From Lama guanicoe (taxonomy: Eukaryota): a DNA stretch of 64,000 nt. The notes below the pieces were generated by a model. The model was not told the origin of the DNA and searched no databases. It worked only from the letters and a program-made list of their open reading frames with translations. Shown here piece by piece: positions 60,702-64,000 of this stretch; the stretch's first letter is position 1, and each line of letters starts with the position of its first letter. The stretch spans positions 5,302,071-5,366,070 of the forward strand of contig MU053810.1 of assembly GCA_013239625.1 (NCBI GenBank), written 5' to 3'. A program made the position numbers and the translations under genes.

Positions 60702-62041
60702 AAACATTGGGGATTCATTTTTTTTAGAAGGTATAGTCCTTTGGGGTGTATAAGAGGAAATCTTTATGGTATTTTAAAACAATATTGGAAAGGCTCTCTA
60801 TTTGGAAAGTTCAGCTAAATCATGGAGAAACTGGCAATTGTGTGAGCAGGCAGAACTTGTGGTGGAGGAGAGACAGAGAATGGGGAACACAATATAGTTT
60901 GGGTCAAAGCCCATTTAGGCCACAAATGGGATGTTGGATAGCTTGAGGGTGGTCATTTGGTACCTTCTGCAAGATGGGGAAATATTAAGAGCTCCTAAGC
61001 GAAGACAAGAGAGTTAAGACAAGTTGCCCCTGGGAAACATGCAGGTGAAAGCTCATTAGGGATTAGGTCAACTTTTCTTTGAGTGTCAAGGCCCAGCTAA
61101 GGGCTTCCCCAGAATCCCTAGGAAATCACCCTGCCCTCTGAGCCTGGGCAGGTTGGCCCCATGCATTTTCATATGCTCTTTTCTTACCATGACTAATTGA
61201 ACTGGCAACACCAACTGTTTGAGTTGTTCCAAGAAGACCTTAATCTAGGCAGCCTCCATCCAACTGGTGTTCATTGTAGATGTTGCCTCAGTGTCCCATC
61301 TACCATTTTGGACATGTCTCCTCCTGGAGCCAGTGGCAAGCAAGATCAGTGTTCCCCAGATCATTTTCATATATTGTTGCATTCAACCAATATTAGAGAC
61401 ATCTTTTAAATTTCTATTTCTGTTTATTCCCATTTATGCTAAACACAATACAATTATTCACTTTTCAAAAACATTTTGTACTTTGTTAATATTCTGACTT
61501 TCATCAGTGAGTCCATTAGCACATACTGATCGCCTGCTCTGAGCTCAGCATGGGGCTGGATACTGTATAGACCTGAACAGTTCTTACACTCAGTCAGTGT
61601 AACAGGTTTCCTATTGAGTTTCCTTTCACATATTTCAATGACCTGACCTAATCTCCACTCCCAGTGTCATCATCCTAGCCCAAGCCCTAATCACTCTATG
61701 CCTGAATTGTTCTAGCAACTTCTTCCTGGGCTCTGTGACTCCACCCAGGCCAACCCTTCATGCCCCACCAACACTCGCACACCTCCTGCCCAAGATTGCT
61801 GGGCTCTACTCCCCACGGCACCTTTTAATTCCTATTCCCACTCCTTCTCATGGGACCATACCCAAGTTCCAGTTCCCCATGAAGCCTTCCCAGACAGGCC
61901 CATCAGTCACAGATACTCCTTTTCTCTGAATTCCTTTGAGTATTTTGGGTTCTCTTTCCCTAGTTAAGTGATAATCCGTTTGAAGGGACTGAGTCTCAAG
62001 ATGTGCCCTGTGGTATGGTCTGTCAATGCAGTAGACATTTG

Positions 62042-62048
<7 letters not shown>

Positions 62049-62090
<42 letters not shown>
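62049..62090 (+). repeat. (GA)n microsatellite
   Basis: Read directly from sequence. Confidence 0.95.
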
Positions 62091-62094
<4 letters not shown>

Positions 62095-64000
62095 TGCACA
62101 CTCCTGTATCCTGGAAGCAAATACAATTTCCAGTGCCTCTTCTCACCAGGCCTAAATTTGATCTTTCTATCAGGGATGTCTCTGGATTTGCTACAGTTGT
62201 GTTGTAAACAAATTCATCTTTTCCTAAGCAATTTTATTTTTTCCTTTACAAAAATAGGAACCTTCACTTCTGCAATAACAAGGTTGATTGTTTAGCATGT
62301 TATATTCTGGAAATACATCAAATAGCAATGATTTAAAAAAACAAGATACACTGTGTTTGAATTATTCATTAGCTTTCTGATTATCATGATTTCAAATTAT
62401 CAGCCAGGTTTCCTGCCTAACCCTTACCCACTACAAGGCTAGGTAAGGAAGGCAGACTCTTGAAAGGGTACTTGAGTTGGAAGAAGAGGATTTTTTTCAC
62501 ATCCATCAAGCGTAAGTTCTTCTCAGTAAGAACACTGTACCCGCAGACTTAGAAAGTCAGAGCCAGCTCAGCCCCTGATGTGGAAAGCTCAGGGCCTAGC
62601 TTATAAGGAAAGACGTCTTCTGAGTTCAAACTGAACTCCTTTGGTTCTGTTTACCTAACTTATGATTTTATGGAAGGCTCACTGAGTGCTAAGTGTTGGA
62701 AATCTCAAGAATATTCTCAAAGAGACTAAATGTTTGTGTGAGCAGAAGAAAAATGCTCTTATTGTCAAAGCTGATGGAGTTTTGGACAGACTGCCCTAGA
62801 GGGATAGAATATTGTTTAAGCTGAAAATTGTCTTTATATGGAAAAACACCTAACAGGCCTTTAGATGCTATGAATAAGTTTCAGAGCTAATCTGGATGAG
62901 GGTGGGAGAGAGGTTGGCTTCCTGGTAGATAAAGGAAGGAAAATGTATGGGTGGGGAGAAGAGGTTAATGAGGACGGCCTTTCTCTGAGGACAGAGATGG
63001 CCAATGAGAAAGTCTCTTTGCTACAGATGACTGGGCAGGGTGGGGGTTTCAAAGTGAAGAGACATCCAGCATTCAATTCTGAGTTATCACCTGCTTTTCT
63101 ATGATGTCCTATTGCCCATTTCTCTCCCAATTTTTAATAACCCTAAACGTCAATAAAATATGTTAAAAAGAACAATTTTCTTTGGTGAGTGAAGGAGGAA
63201 AAGATACCCAGAAAAATTATGAAAGATTTTGTAGTGGAAAAAAAATTACTGAGTATTTAGAGCATCCGCTGTGTACTGGCCAGCTTCCATTGTTTTTGAG
63301 CTATTTTGCAACAACCCTTCTAAGTAGAATGGCAGTGGCAAAGCACAGTACTTGTTCACAAAAGTGAAAATTGTGGGGAGATGCAGTTGATTATTGCCAT
63401 GTGGCATTGACCACTTTTGCTTTGATCTGTAAAAATTTTTTTCAGTGTATATGCATGTATTTTTTTTACTTCTTATTTGAAGCATTGGTAACATCCTACT
63501 GATTCCCTCAGGAGTTTAGTAAGTTAAGTAAAATCTTTGGCATGCGTTCATTTTATACTTGCGTGAACATCACGATTTAATTTTTTCAAATTATTCTTTA
63601 ACAAAGGAGAAGGAGGAGGAGAAGCAGAAACATAGGAGGGAAAATAGGGGCCATACTTTGAGAAAATCTGTGTAGACTGTGAACAAAGAAAGATAAATAT
63701 TGAGAATATATCAGGCGTTAGGATTTGTAGGAAGGGATGGCCATGAAAACAATCACCCTTCTCCTAGAGATGCCACAGAATTCTTGGGAGTATGTGTTAG
63801 AGTTTTCACAAGGAAATTGCCTGAAGTTACTTTATTTGAAAACTAAAAGAAAGAGTAATCTCAGAAAGGGGAAGATCTGGGTACTAACACAGGTAAATAG
63901 ATCATTATAACACAGTGTGGTCATTGTCAGGTTGGAGACAATTACAAGTTTCATGAAGTCATAGCAGGGACCCTTAATCTGCTGACTATATCAGCCACAT

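Overview
Mammalian (eutherian) genomic DNA that is repeat-rich and has no recognisable intact protein-coding gene. Three tRNA-derived SINEs match the camelid vic-1 type, and no Alu, Bov-tA/BovB or PRE-1 elements were seen, so a camelid (alpaca/camel) source is likely (inference). The main feature is a full-length MARCKSL1 processed pseudogene on the minus strand (19137-20640). It has a 5'UTR, a disrupted CDS, a 3'UTR, AATAAA, a poly(A) tail and a TSD, and CpG-rich unique DNA lies immediately upstream of it. Also present: many L1 fragments (nearly all minus strand), L2, MIR, MaLR/ERV solo LTRs, MER20/MER3, a 628-N assembly gap and a recent 2.24-kb tandem duplication (45660-50148). The most unusual signal is a set of short, same-orientation local copy events: an ~82-bp unique element in three copies, an ~90-bp duplicate, a 24-bp templated insert in an L2 tail, and an L1/L2 patchwork. 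There is also an unidentified ~235-bp polyadenylated retro-insert. Almost all ORFs in the supplied track are spurious or L1-derived. Repeat family names and old-repeat boundaries come from visual recognition and are approximate.
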